DNA from: Patescibacteria group bacterium
Lineage (GTDB): Bacteria > Patescibacteriota > Patescibacteriia > XYB2-FULL-38-15
Length of the DNA: 64,000 nucleotides
NCBI GenBank assembly: GCA_041650995.1
Contig: JBAZJZ010000001.1
Location: 149,757 to 213,756, forward strand
Reading direction: 5' to 3'
Below the pieces are notes generated by a model. That model was not told where the DNA came from. It did no database searches and was given only the letters and a program-made list of their open reading frames with translations. The position numbers were made by a program, and so were the translations under genes. The first letter of the stretch is position 1, and each line of letters starts with the position of its first letter. Positions 39,689 through 48,209 of this stretch are shown in pieces.

Positions 39689-39748
39689 AAAAGAAAGAGT
39701 TGACAAAATTGTTTTTTTAATATATCCTCTCTCCAAGAGGAGGAGCAA

Positions 39749-40054
39749 ATGTTGGACGACGGTGGAATAGACTGGGGTGATGATGTCCGCGAGGGGAGGA
39801 TGGTTCGTTGGCGCGATCCGCGAAACGCGGAATTGTTCAACAGCGGTCCTGGACCATTCCGCGCGGTGAGAGTTAGAGAAGATGAAGCTGCTCCCGTTTG
39901 TACTTGCGGTGGTAATGGCGGTGGTTTGCTCGACGATGGGCACAGTTTTCATTGTGAAATTCGAGTGAAGCGGGTTGTGGCAACGTTCGTGACGGTCGTA
40001 ATGAACGGACGGCATTGTTCTTTTGACGCAGATCTCTTCGAGGTCGAGAAGTGA
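39749..40054 (+). CDS. GC-rich ORFan, 101 aa, Cys/His-containing
   Basis: Own promoter (TTGACA at ~39701), strong RBS AGAGGAGGAG 6 nt before the ATG. ~60 % GC with GC-rich third positions. VCTCGGNGGG...HSFHC...C. Confidence 0.55.
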   Translation: MLDDGGIDWGDDVREGRMVRWRDPRNAELFNSGPGPFRAVRVREDEAAPVCTCGGNGGGLLDDGHSFHCEIRVKRVVATFVTVVMNGRHCSFDADLFEVEK

Positions 40055-40061
40055 GGACAGA

Positions 40062-40094
40062 AAGCGATGGTTAAAAGCCGTCGCTTGTTTTTTA
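40062..40094 (+). terminator. rho-independent terminator after the GC-rich ORFan (gcgatgg-ttaaaag-ccgtcgc + TTTTTT)
   Basis: Stem with one G-U pair and a U-run. Confidence 0.6.
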
Positions 40095-40122
40095 TCAAGA
40101 ATTGTTGTAAAATTGGGTAATT

Positions 40123-41181
40123 ATGGTTAAAAAGAATAAAAAAGTAATGGTGGCAATGTCAGGCGGGGTTGACTCCTCGGTCGCGGCCGCACTTTTGAAA
40201 AAGCAGGGCTATGATGTCGTTGGCGTCTTTATGCGTTTTTGGTCAGAGTCGTCCAGCGGCGCAGGGTCGGCGATGAATAAGTGTTGTTCGTTTGAAGCGT
40301 ATTCCGACGCACGGCGCGTGGCGCAAAAATTAGGAATTCCGATTTATACGCTGAACATGAGGGTTCGATTTAAGAAGTCGGTGGTCGATTATTTTTTAAA
40401 AGAATATCAAGCCGGGCGGACGCCGAATCCTTGCGTGGAATGCAACAGGTTTATAAAATTCGGTGAACTATTAAAGAAAGCGCGGGCGATGGACCTGGAT
40501 TATATTGCGACCGGCCATTACGCGCGAGTGTACGGAGCGAAATTATTAAAAGGAAAAGATTCAAAAAAAGATCAATCATATTTTTTGTATACTTTGACGC
40601 AAGATAAGTTAAAACAGGTTTTGTTTCCGGTAGGAAATTATAAAAAACCGAAAGTTCGCGAGATGGCAAAAAAGTTTGGTTTGCCGGTGCATTTGAAAAA
40701 TGATAGTCAGGAAGTTTGTTTTGTCGGGGCGAGTTTGAAAAATTTTTTGAAAAAATATTTAAAAGTTAAAAGTGGAAAAATTATAGAATTGAAAAGTAAA
40801 AAAGTTTTGGGTAGACATGAAGGTTTGCCATTTTATACAACTGGCCAGAGAAGAGGACTCGCGCTTGGCGGTGGACCGTGGTATGTTGTGAAAATTGATG
40901 TAAGAAAAAATGTTTTGTATGTTAGTCGCGATCAAAAAAAGTTATTAACTAAAGAATTGACAGCCGGAAAAGTTAGTTGGATTTCCGGTGTGGCGCCGAA
41001 GTTGCCGATTCGCGCGAAAGTGAAAATCAGATATAAGCATAAAGAAGCGCCAGCCGCGATTCGAAAAATAAAAAATAATTATAAAATAATTTTTGATAAA
41101 CCTCAGAGAGCCGTGACAGCCGGACAGTCAGCAGTTTTTTACAAAGGTGACGAAGTCCTCGGCGGAGGAGTTATAAAATAA
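40123..41181 (+). CDS. mnmA: tRNA-specific 2-thiouridylase MnmA
   Basis: PP-loop VAMSGGVDSSVAA, catalytic Cys pair. 352 aa. Confidence 0.9.
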   Translation: MVKKNKKVMVAMSGGVDSSVAAALLKKQGYDVVGVFMRFWSESSSGAGSAMNKCCSFEAYSDARRVAQKLGIPIYTLNMRVRFKKSVVDYFLKEYQAGRTPNPCVECNRFIKFGELLKKARAMDLDYIATGHYARVYGAKLLKGKDSKKDQSYFLYTLTQDKLKQVLFPVGNYKKPKVREMAKKFGLPVHLKNDSQEVCFVGASLKNFLKKYLKVKSGKIIELKSKKVLGRHEGLPFYTTGQRRGLALGGGPWYVVKIDVRKNVLYVSRDQKKLLTKELTAGKVSWISGVAPKLPIRAKVKIRYKHKEAPAAIRKIKNNYKIIFDKPQRAVTAGQSAVFYKGDEVLGGGVIK

Positions 41182-41185
41182 AATT

Positions 41186-43135
41186 ATGACAGCAAAAGAA
41201 CTAAGAGAAAAATTTTTAGAGTTTTTTAAGGAACGCAGTCATGCCGTTCTTCCTTCGGCTTCTTTAATTCCGGAAAATGATCCGACCGTGCTTTTCACAA
41301 CAGCTGGCATGCATCCGCTTGTCCCGTTTTTGCTTGGCGAAAAACATCCGGCCGGGAAGCGGTTAGCGAGCGTTCAAAAATGCATTCGTACTGGCGATAT
41401 TGATGAAGTTGGCGACAATTGGCACAACACCTTTTTTGAAATGCTTGGCAACTGGTCGCTTGGAGATTATTTTAAAGAAGACGCGATTAAATGGAGCTGG
41501 GAATTTTTAACAGATAAAAAGTGGCTCGGTCTTGATCCGAGGAATTTAGCAGTTTCAGTTTTTGCCGGAGACGCTGACGCGCCGTTTGACGAAGAGGCAT
41601 ATAAAATTTGGCGTGAGTTGGATGTGAGTGAAGAAAGAATTGCCCGACTGCCAAAAGAGGATAACTGGTGGGGACCAGCCGGCACAGTCGGACCATGCGG
41701 ACCAGACACGGAGATGTTTTTTTGGGCGGGGGAAGGCGAGGCGCCAAAAAAATTTGATCCTCAAAATAAAAATTGGGTGGAAATCTGGAATGATGTTTTC
41801 ATGGAATTTACCAAGAGAATTAAACCGAATAAAATGGATGAGCATGATAAATTATTAGTCCAGGGAGAACCAATACCAGAGGATTTTTATGAATATGTAA
41901 AATCTGAACAAAAAAACATTGACACTGGCATGGGCCTTGAGCGGACGATCGGAGTTTTGAATGGTTATAAAAGTGTTTATGAAACAGAATTTTTCTCAGA
42001 TCTTATTAAAAAAATTGAGGAAATCTCTGGTAAAAAGTATATTGACTGTCAACGGGAAATGAGAATTATCGCTGATCATGTTAAAGCGGCAGTGATGATC
42101 TTGGGCGATGATAAAGGAATTACCCCTTCTAAAACAGGGAGAGGTTATGTTGTAAGAAAATTAATTAGGAGAGCTATTAGAAATGGTTGGCTGGTAATGG
42201 ATAAAGGTAACTGGAATATTTCAATTTTTGCGAAGATTGTTATCCAAAATTATGAGAAAGTTTATGAAGAATTGCGGAGGAATGAAAAATTTATAGTTGA
42301 TAATTTAATCGAAGAAGAAGATAAATTTAATAAAACGTTAGAGAGGGGGTTAAGAGAACTCCATAAATTAGGTTATAATATTTCAGGGAAGGAAGGTTTT
42401 GATTTATATCAAAGTTACGGACTAACGGAAGAAATAATTTTAGATGAATTAAAATATCATTATTTTTATAGCGTTGATAATGAATTGCTGGTTGAGGCTG
42501 GTTGGGATTCAAAAAAAATCCAGGTTGAAAAAGAAAAAAATGAAGCCCTAATAAGGGGATTCGATAGTTTTAAAAAGAAGTTTAAGAAGGAATTTAATGA
42601 GGCTTTTAAAAAGCACCAAGAACTTTCGCGAACTGCTTCGGCTGGACAATTTAAAGGTGGTTTGGCAGATGCCGGCGTGGAGACGACTCGACTGCACACC
42701 GCGGCACATTTGATGCTCGCGGCTCTGCGGCAAGTTTTGGGCGATCATGTTCAGCAAAAGGGAAGTAACATCACTGCCGAGCGATTGCGCTTTGATTTTT
42801 TTCATCCACAAAAGGTAACGCCGGAAGAAATAAAAAAAGTGGAAGATATAGTTAATAATGAAATCAGCAAAAAAACACAGGTGCAAATGGAAGAGATGAC
42901 AGTTGACGAAGCAAAGGCAGCGGGCGCGACCGGAGTTTTTGAACATAAATACGGCGATAAAGTTAAAGTTTATACAATCGGCGACCCCCGATCAGGTCGA
43001 GGGCAAGCTTTCAGTAAAGAAATTTGTGGCGGTCCGCATGTGGATAATACCGGAGAATTAGGTCATTTTAAGATTATAAGGGAAGAGGCTTCAAGTGCCG
43101 GAATTCGTCGAATTAAAGCGGTTTTGGAACAATAG
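41186..43135 (+). CDS. alaS: alanine--tRNA ligase, short form lacking the C-terminal C-Ala domain
   Basis: N-terminal catalytic core (FTTAGMHPLVPF, GNWSLGDYFKE), editing-domain HxxxH (TAAHLMLAAL) and Cys (ICGGPHV). 649 aa versus ~870 typical. Confidence 0.85.
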   Translation: MTAKELREKFLEFFKERSHAVLPSASLIPENDPTVLFTTAGMHPLVPFLLGEKHPAGKRLASVQKCIRTGDIDEVGDNWHNTFFEMLGNWSLGDYFKEDAIKWSWEFLTDKKWLGLDPRNLAVSVFAGDADAPFDEEAYKIWRELDVSEERIARLPKEDNWWGPAGTVGPCGPDTEMFFWAGEGEAPKKFDPQNKNWVEIWNDVFMEFTKRIKPNKMDEHDKLLVQGEPIPEDFYEYVKSEQKNIDTGMGLERTIGVLNGYKSVYETEFFSDLIKKIEEISGKKYIDCQREMRIIADHVKAAVMILGDDKGITPSKTGRGYVVRKLIRRAIRNGWLVMDKGNWNISIFAKIVIQNYEKVYEELRRNEKFIVDNLIEEEDKFNKTLERGLRELHKLGYNISGKEGFDLYQSYGLTEEIILDELKYHYFYSVDNELLVEAGWDSKKIQVEKEKNEALIRGFDSFKKKFKKEFNEAFKKHQELSRTASAGQFKGGLADAGVETTRLHTAAHLMLAALRQVLGDHVQQKGSNITAERLRFDFFHPQKVTPEEIKKVEDIVNNEISKKTQVQMEEMTVDEAKAAGATGVFEHKYGDKVKVYTIGDPRSGRGQAFSKEICGGPHVDNTGELGHFKIIREEASSAGIRRIKAVLEQ

Positions 43136-43145
43136 GAGCTTTTAT

Positions 43146-43208
43146 TTGACAGAAATACGAGTATTCTGTATAATATTACTTGACACCTTTTAAGGGGAAT
43201 AATATAAT
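43146..43208 (+). promoter_or_regulatory. two tandem consensus sigma70 promoters (TTGACA-17-TATAAT twice) for the infA/alpha ribosomal operon
   Basis: P1 has -35 at 43146..43151 and TGtATAAT with -10 at 43169..43174. P2 has -35 at 43180..43185 and -10 at 43203..43208. A 110-nt leader follows. Confidence 0.6.
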
Positions 43209-43318
43209 AATTCCAGTAATAACGAAATCAAAATTTTAGGACTGGGGACTCGGAGGAGATTCCGGGTTCTGCGGTTTTTATTTTAGTTATCAAAGAGAAA
43301 ATTAAGAAAGTTCACCTT

Positions 43319-43543
43319 ATGGTGCAAGACACAAGTAAAGATTTTATTGAAGTAACTGGCACGGTAGAAGAACTTTTGCCGGCAGCTACTTTTAAAATCA
43401 AACTGGAGGACGGCCATGTTATTTTGGGCCATCTCTCCGGCAAGATGCGTTTAAATAAAATTAGATTGCTTCCCGGTGATAAAGTTAAAGTGGAAATGAC
43501 GCCGTATGATTTGACTAAGGGGAGAGTGGTTTATAGATTTTAA
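43319..43543 (+). CDS. infA: translation initiation factor IF-1
   Basis: 74 aa S1-like OB fold, [20 protein letters not shown]. Confidence 0.9.
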   Translation: MVQDTSKDFIEVTGTVEELLPAATFKIKLEDGHVILGHLSGKMRLNKIRLLPGDKVKVEMTPYDLTKGRVVYRF

Positions 43544-43549
43544 AAAATT

Positions 43550-43663
43550 ATGAAAGTCAGAGCTTCAGTCAAAAAAATTTGTCCGTCATGTAAAGTTATA
43601 AAACGCGGCAAGCGGATTTTTGTCATTTGTAAAACAGCTAAACATAAACAAAGACAAGGCTGA
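43550..43663 (+). CDS. rpmJ: 50S ribosomal protein L36
   Basis: [37 protein letters not shown], 37 aa. Not in the ORF track (<60 aa). Confidence 0.85.
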   Translation: MKVRASVKKICPSCKVIKRGKRIFVICKTAKHKQRQG

Positions 43664-43742
43664 CCGACGCGGTGCGTGTAAATTTGCTTGGGCTGTTATC
43701 ACGCAACAAGTCGATAGAAATTAATTTAACAAGAATTTATTT

Positions 43743-44135
43743 ATGGTAGTTAGAATCGCGGGTTTAGTTCTCCCACAAAACAAAAGAATAGAAATCGCAT
43801 TAGGTTATTTATATGGTATTGGCCGATCTCAGGCGAATAAAATTTTGGCGGCCACAAAAATTAATCCCAACACAAGAACTAACGCCTTGACCGACGATGA
43901 GGTTAATAAATTAAGAGAATTTATTGAAAAGAATTATAAAGTTGAAGGTGATTTAAAAAGAGATGTTTTTAGCAATATTAAAAGATTAAAAGAAATTGGC
44001 GCGTATCGCGGAACACGGCATGCTCGGGGACTTCCGGCGCGCGGACAGAGAACAAAAACAAATTCCAGAACTGTTCGCGGTAATACCAGAAGAACAATGG
44101 GTAGTGGACGAAAAGCTGCGGGACAAAAAACCTAA
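43743..44135 (+). CDS. rpsM: 30S ribosomal protein S13
   Basis: RIAGLVLP...[12 protein letters not shown]...[10 protein letters not shown]...[22 protein letters not shown]. Confidence 0.9.
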   Translation: MVVRIAGLVLPQNKRIEIALGYLYGIGRSQANKILAATKINPNTRTNALTDDEVNKLREFIEKNYKVEGDLKRDVFSNIKRLKEIGAYRGTRHARGLPARGQRTKTNSRTVRGNTRRTMGSGRKAAGQKT

Positions 44136-44165
44136 AATAACTCAAAAGTCAAAATAAAATAATTT

Positions 44166-44627
44166 ATGGCAGAAGAACAAATTGTAAAAACCGAAGCAGC
44201 CACAGAGGGCGAGAAAAAACCCGTAGAGAAAACCGGAGTCGCCCCAAAAGCAAAAGCTAAAAAGAAAAAAGTTGTAAGGCATGTGCCGAGTGGTCGAGCT
44301 TATATTCAGGCTACTTACAATAATACGATAGTTACTTTGACTGATCCGAATGGAAATGTTTTGGCATGGTCTTCGTCCGGACTTTGTGGTTTTAAAGGTC
44401 CTAAAAAGGCCACACCTTACGCGGCAGGCATTGTTGTGAAGAACGCGGCGGAAAAAGCCGCGGATTATGGTTTGCAAGAAGTGAATGTTTTAGTGAAGGG
44501 TGTCGGCTCTGGACGAGAAGCGGCAGTTCGCGCCTTAAATGCAAATGGATTAAATGTTTTATCAATTAAGGATATGACCCCGATTCCGCACAACGGTTGC
44601 CGGGCGCCAAAACCAAGGAGAGTTTAA
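44166..44627 (+). CDS. rpsK: 30S ribosomal protein S11 (with N-terminal K/E-rich extension)
   Basis: [20 protein letters not shown]...[13 protein letters not shown].... Confidence 0.85.
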   Translation: MAEEQIVKTEAATEGEKKPVEKTGVAPKAKAKKKKVVRHVPSGRAYIQATYNNTIVTLTDPNGNVLAWSSSGLCGFKGPKKATPYAAGIVVKNAAEKAADYGLQEVNVLVKGVGSGREAAVRALNANGLNVLSIKDMTPIPHNGCRAPKPRRV

Positions 44628-44635
44628 ACTGAAAT

Positions 44636-45265
44636 ATGGCAAGAAATTTAAAAGCTAGATGTGCGCAATGTCGCCGAGAGGGAGAAAAACTTTTTTTAAA
44701 AGGGGATCGTTGTAATTTGGCTAAATGCGCGATTGTCCGCAGAGGTTATCCGCCGGGCGTGCACGGTCCAAAAGGGAAAATTAGATTGACTGGCTATGGA
44801 ACACAGCTTCGAGAAAAACAAAAAGCCAAACATATTTATGGAATTTTAGAAAGACAATTCAGAAATTATTTCGAAAAAGCTATAAAGAGAACCGGGGATA
44901 CGAGCGAATTTTTACTCCAACTTCTGGAAATGCGCCTTGATAATACTGTTTATCGTCTTGGAATCAGCAAATCGCGCCAGGGAGCAAGGCAATTTGTCGG
45001 CCATGGGCTTTTAGCAGTAAATGGGAAAAAAGTTACGATTCCTTCATACCAGGTAAAAATTGGTGATGTAATTTCTATTAAAACAAGCGCCACGCCAAAA
45101 AAAGTTTTCCAAAATTTATCGCAGACACTTGCGAAGTATGAACCGCCGGCATGGCTTGCGCTTGATATTGTTAAAATGGAAGGAAAAGTTACAAGAAAGC
45201 CAAATAAAGACGACGTGAAGACGCAGTTTGATCTCAAAATGATTATTGAGTTTTATTCTCGTTAA
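44636..45265 (+). CDS. rpsD: 30S ribosomal protein S4
   Basis: Zn-ribbon CAQCRREGEKLFLKGDRCNLAKC and S4 domain (RLDNTVYRLGISKSRQGARQFVGHG). Confidence 0.9.
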   Translation: MARNLKARCAQCRREGEKLFLKGDRCNLAKCAIVRRGYPPGVHGPKGKIRLTGYGTQLREKQKAKHIYGILERQFRNYFEKAIKRTGDTSEFLLQLLEMRLDNTVYRLGISKSRQGARQFVGHGLLAVNGKKVTIPSYQVKIGDVISIKTSATPKKVFQNLSQTLAKYEPPAWLALDIVKMEGKVTRKPNKDDVKTQFDLKMIIEFYSR

Positions 45266-45292
45266 TAATTTAAACGAGTTTAGCAAATTCTT

Positions 45293-46111
45293 ATGGAACC
45301 AATTATTTTACCGTCCAAAATCGAAATCAAAAAAGGAAAAAACAAAAACGAGGCGACTATTGTAGTTGAACCTTGCTATTACGGTTATGGAACGACTTTG
45401 GGCAATGCCATCCGGCGCGTGATACTTTCTTCCTTACCGGGAGCGGCGGCGACAGCCGTTAAAATAAAAGGCGTCCAGCATGAATTTTCCACAATTCCGC
45501 ACGTGAAAGAAGATGTGGTGGAAGTTCTCCTGAATATTAAACAGTTGAGATTAAAAGTCTTTTCAACTGAACCGGTGCGTTTGGTTTTGAAAGCCAAGGG
45601 AGAAAAAGAAGCGACAGCCGCTGACATTTTAAAATCTTCTGACGTGGAAATCATAAATAAAGATTTACATATTGCCACTTTGACTAGTAAAAATGCTGAT
45701 TTAGAAATGGAAATTTTTGTAAGCCAGGGGAGAGGATTTTTGCCGGTGGAAGCGCGGGAAAAAGAAAAATTAGAACTTGGGGCCATTGCCGTTGATTCAA
45801 TTTTCGCTCCGATTAAGAATATTGGTTATAAAGTGGAAAATGTTCGTGTTGGTGATATAACAAATTATGATCGTTTGATTTTAGATATTGAAACTGACGG
45901 AACAATTACTCCGGAAGAAGCCCTAAAACAAAGCGTCCAGATTTTAATTGATCATTTCAATTTATTTTTAAACGGAACAGATTCAAAAGAGGAAATTTCA
46001 GAAAAAGTTAAGGACGAGGAAGGGGAAGAGGAAGTTGTTCAGGAAAAAGAGGAAGAAGCTCCGGCCGAAGATAAGGCGAAGAAAAAAAGAGGAAGACCAA
46101 AAAAAAGCTAA
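45293..46111 (+). CDS. rpoA: RNA polymerase alpha subunit, N-terminal domain only, with acidic + AT-hook-like (KKKRGRPKK) tail
   Basis: alpha-NTD motifs (GYGTTLGNAIRRVLLSS, LPVEAREKE). 272 aa, no alpha-CTD. Confidence 0.8.
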   Translation: MEPIILPSKIEIKKGKNKNEATIVVEPCYYGYGTTLGNAIRRVILSSLPGAAATAVKIKGVQHEFSTIPHVKEDVVEVLLNIKQLRLKVFSTEPVRLVLKAKGEKEATAADILKSSDVEIINKDLHIATLTSKNADLEMEIFVSQGRGFLPVEAREKEKLELGAIAVDSIFAPIKNIGYKVENVRVGDITNYDRLILDIETDGTITPEEALKQSVQILIDHFNLFLNGTDSKEEISEKVKDEEGEEEVVQEKEEEAPAEDKAKKKRGRPKKS

Positions 46112-46148
46112 AAGTTAAAACTGCAAAGCGTAAAGTTAAAAGTCATTT

Positions 46149-46499
46149 ATGAGACACAGAAAAAAGGGAAAAATTTTAGATAGAAAAGTTGGACCAAGAA
46201 CCGCCTTACTCAGAGGATTGGCGGTAAGTTTGATTTTGTATGAAAAGATGCAAACTACTAAGGCTAAGGCAAAAACCGTAAAGCCGATTGTGGAAAGATT
46301 AATTACGCGCGGTAGAGAGAATACTTTGGCGGCCAGACGTTATTTATTGAAATATTTGTATAAAGAAGCGGCAGTTAAAAAAGTTCTTGAAGAAATTGGG
46401 CCGAGATATAAAGATAGAAAAGGCGGTTATACGAGAATTATAAATGTCGGTCGTCGGCAGGGAGATGGAGCGGAAATTGTTCAAATTGAATTAGTATAA
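46149..46499 (+). CDS. rplQ: 50S ribosomal protein L17
   Basis: MRHRKKGKILDRKVGPRTALLRGL.... Confidence 0.9.
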   Translation: MRHRKKGKILDRKVGPRTALLRGLAVSLILYEKMQTTKAKAKTVKPIVERLITRGRENTLAARRYLLKYLYKEAAVKKVLEEIGPRYKDRKGGYTRIINVGRRQGDGAEIVQIELV

Positions 46500-46511
46500 A
46501 TTTAACGGGAT

Positions 46512-46877
46512 ATGCCAAAAGCAATAATAAAAAGACAAATACATACAATTGACGCGGCGGGCGTGCCTCTCGGAAGATTGGCGACGCACGTTGCCATGCT
46601 TCTGCGTGGAAAAAATAAAACGACTTTTAGATTTGATGTTGATGGCGGGGATTTTGTTAATGTCCTTAATGCTACCAAGGTAAAATTTACCGGTAAAAAA
46701 TTTACTGATAAAAAATATTTTTGGCATACTTTTTTTCCGGGCGGGGCGAAGCAGCCGACAATCGAACAGTTATTCAAGAAGAGCCCGCAAAAAGTTATTT
46801 GGAAAGCCGTATGGGGAATGTTACCTACAAATAGATCAAGAAAAAATATAATCAAAAGGTTAAAAATCAGCAAATAA
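46512..46877 (+). CDS. rplM: 50S ribosomal protein L13
   Basis: IDAAGVPLGRLATHVAMLLRGKNK. Confidence 0.9.
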   Translation: MPKAIIKRQIHTIDAAGVPLGRLATHVAMLLRGKNKTTFRFDVDGGDFVNVLNATKVKFTGKKFTDKKYFWHTFFPGGAKQPTIEQLFKKSPQKVIWKAVWGMLPTNRSRKNIIKRLKISK

Positions 46878-46880
46878 AGT

Positions 46881-47429
46881 ATGACTGCGGAAACAAAAAA
46901 ACCTAAAAAAACAACAACCAAGGCTGTTAAACCGGTCGTGAAAAAAGTTGTCAAGAAGAAGATAGCCGAAGGAAAACCCAAAATGGAAGAAGAAAAAGAA
47001 GTGGTGGCGGTTCAAGAAAAAGTAACCGAAGATAAAAAATCGGGATATATTTATGCTATCGGCCGGCGCAAACAAGCTATTGCCACCGTGAAGCTTCATA
47101 AAAATGGTAAGGGGAAAATTACGGTAAACGGAAAATTATATACTGAATATTTTCCAACTGATGAAATGGAACAGATTGTCTCTGGACCATTGAAATCGGT
47201 CGGGCAGGCGGATAAAGTTGATATTGAAGCAAAATCTTTTAGTGGCGGTCTTCGCGGCCAGGCTGAGGCGGTTCGTTTAGGCATTTCCAGAGCTCTCGTT
47301 CAGTTGAATGTAAATTTTAAAAAGAATTTGCGCAAAGCAGGATACTTAACTCGCGACCCGAGAGTAAAAGAAAGAAAGAAACCGGGATTGAAAAAAGCGC
47401 GTCGAGCCCCGCAATGGCAAAAGAGATAG
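46881..47429 (+). CDS. rpsI: 30S ribosomal protein S9 (with Lys-rich N-terminal extension)
   Basis: GRRKQAIATVKL...GGLRGQAEAVRLGISRAL...TRDPRVKERKK. Confidence 0.9.
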   Translation: MTAETKKPKKTTTKAVKPVVKKVVKKKIAEGKPKMEEEKEVVAVQEKVTEDKKSGYIYAIGRRKQAIATVKLHKNGKGKITVNGKLYTEYFPTDEMEQIVSGPLKSVGQADKVDIEAKSFSGGLRGQAEAVRLGISRALVQLNVNFKKNLRKAGYLTRDPRVKERKKPGLKKARRAPQWQKR

Positions 47430-47481
47430 CGCCACGCGCCACAACCGCATAAATTTCCTATAAAATAGCGGAAATTAGCGA

Positions 47482-47514
47482 AACTACACACTCTATGAAG
47501 TGTGTAGTTTTTTG
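47482..47514 (+). terminator. rho-independent terminator after rpsI (actacacac-N7-gtgtgtagt + TTTTTTG)
   Basis: Perfect 9-bp stem and a U-run. Marks the end of the ribosomal operon and the host/phage-like boundary. Confidence 0.75.
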
Positions 47515-47606
47515 TTATGTTCTGCCGGTCTTGAAGGGAGGTTGTCCGCTGTGGATAACCACGAACTACACACTCGCTCTTCAAGCCGGGCAAAAAATAA
47601 TAATTC

Positions 47607-47638
47607 TTAATCTCACACCAAGGTGTGAAGAAAGGAAA
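47607..47638 (+). promoter_or_regulatory. 32-bp operator+RBS module copy 1 (TTAATC-TCACACCAAGGTGTGA-AGAAAGGAAA), 16-bp perfect palindrome
   Basis: Identical 32-mer at 48175..48206. Palindrome TCACACC-AA-GGTGTGA at 47613..47628 ends 12 nt before the ATG. Confidence 0.65.
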
Positions 47639-47640
47639 CT

Positions 47641-47847
47641 ATGGATCAGAAATTTGATCAAGCATTTGTGAATTACAATCTTGATTTGAAAGCGGCACGT
47701 ATCCGGAATGGCACGGATCACGGCCCGGTATCCAACCTCAGCTACAAGTGTGTTGAGTGCGGAAAATTCGTGAGCGGCCGGGTGGTTGATTTTTACGATG
47801 GAGAGGTTGAGAGAGTCCGGTGCTACGAGTGCCAAAATAAAGAATAA
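47641..47847 (+). CDS. small Zn-ribbon protein (CVECGKF...CYECQ)
   Basis: 68 aa, two CxxC pairs. First gene after operator copy 1. Confidence 0.5.
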   Translation: MDQKFDQAFVNYNLDLKAARIRNGTDHGPVSNLSYKCVECGKFVSGRVVDFYDGEVERVRCYECQNKE

Positions 47848-47856
47848 TTTTAAATT

Positions 47857-48159
47857 ATGGAAAATCAAAAATCAGTTTATACGCAGTACGCCGAAGTGGA
47901 CAAACAAATTAAAGATCTCCAAGAAAAACAAAAAATACTTCAGGTTGAGTGCTTAGTAGAAATGGAAAAAAGAAAAGCCACTCAAATAAAAACAGATCTC
48001 GGAATTTTCTCGGTAGCCGAAAGAAGAACCTGGACTTATAGCGCGGACTTGAAAAAAGAAGAAACAAACATCAAGGCCCTAAAAAAGGCGGAGGAAATTT
48101 CGGGCAAGGCGACGTGTGAAATTTCAAAGTCAATGAGATTTCTAAAAGCAAAAGAGTAA
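47857..48159 (+). CDS. hypothetical coiled-coil protein
   Basis: 100 aa, charged/helical. Confidence 0.4.
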   Translation: MENQKSVYTQYAEVDKQIKDLQEKQKILQVECLVEMEKRKATQIKTDLGIFSVAERRTWTYSADLKKEETNIKALKKAEEISGKATCEISKSMRFLKAKE

Positions 48160-48174
48160 AAATTTATAAAAACT

Positions 48175-48206
48175 TTAATCTCACACCAAGGTGTGAAGAA
48201 AGGAAA
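48175..48206 (+). promoter_or_regulatory. 32-bp operator+RBS module copy 2
   Basis: Identical to 47607..47638. Palindrome at 48181..48196. ATG of the next gene at 48210. Confidence 0.65.
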
Positions 48207-48209
48207 AGT

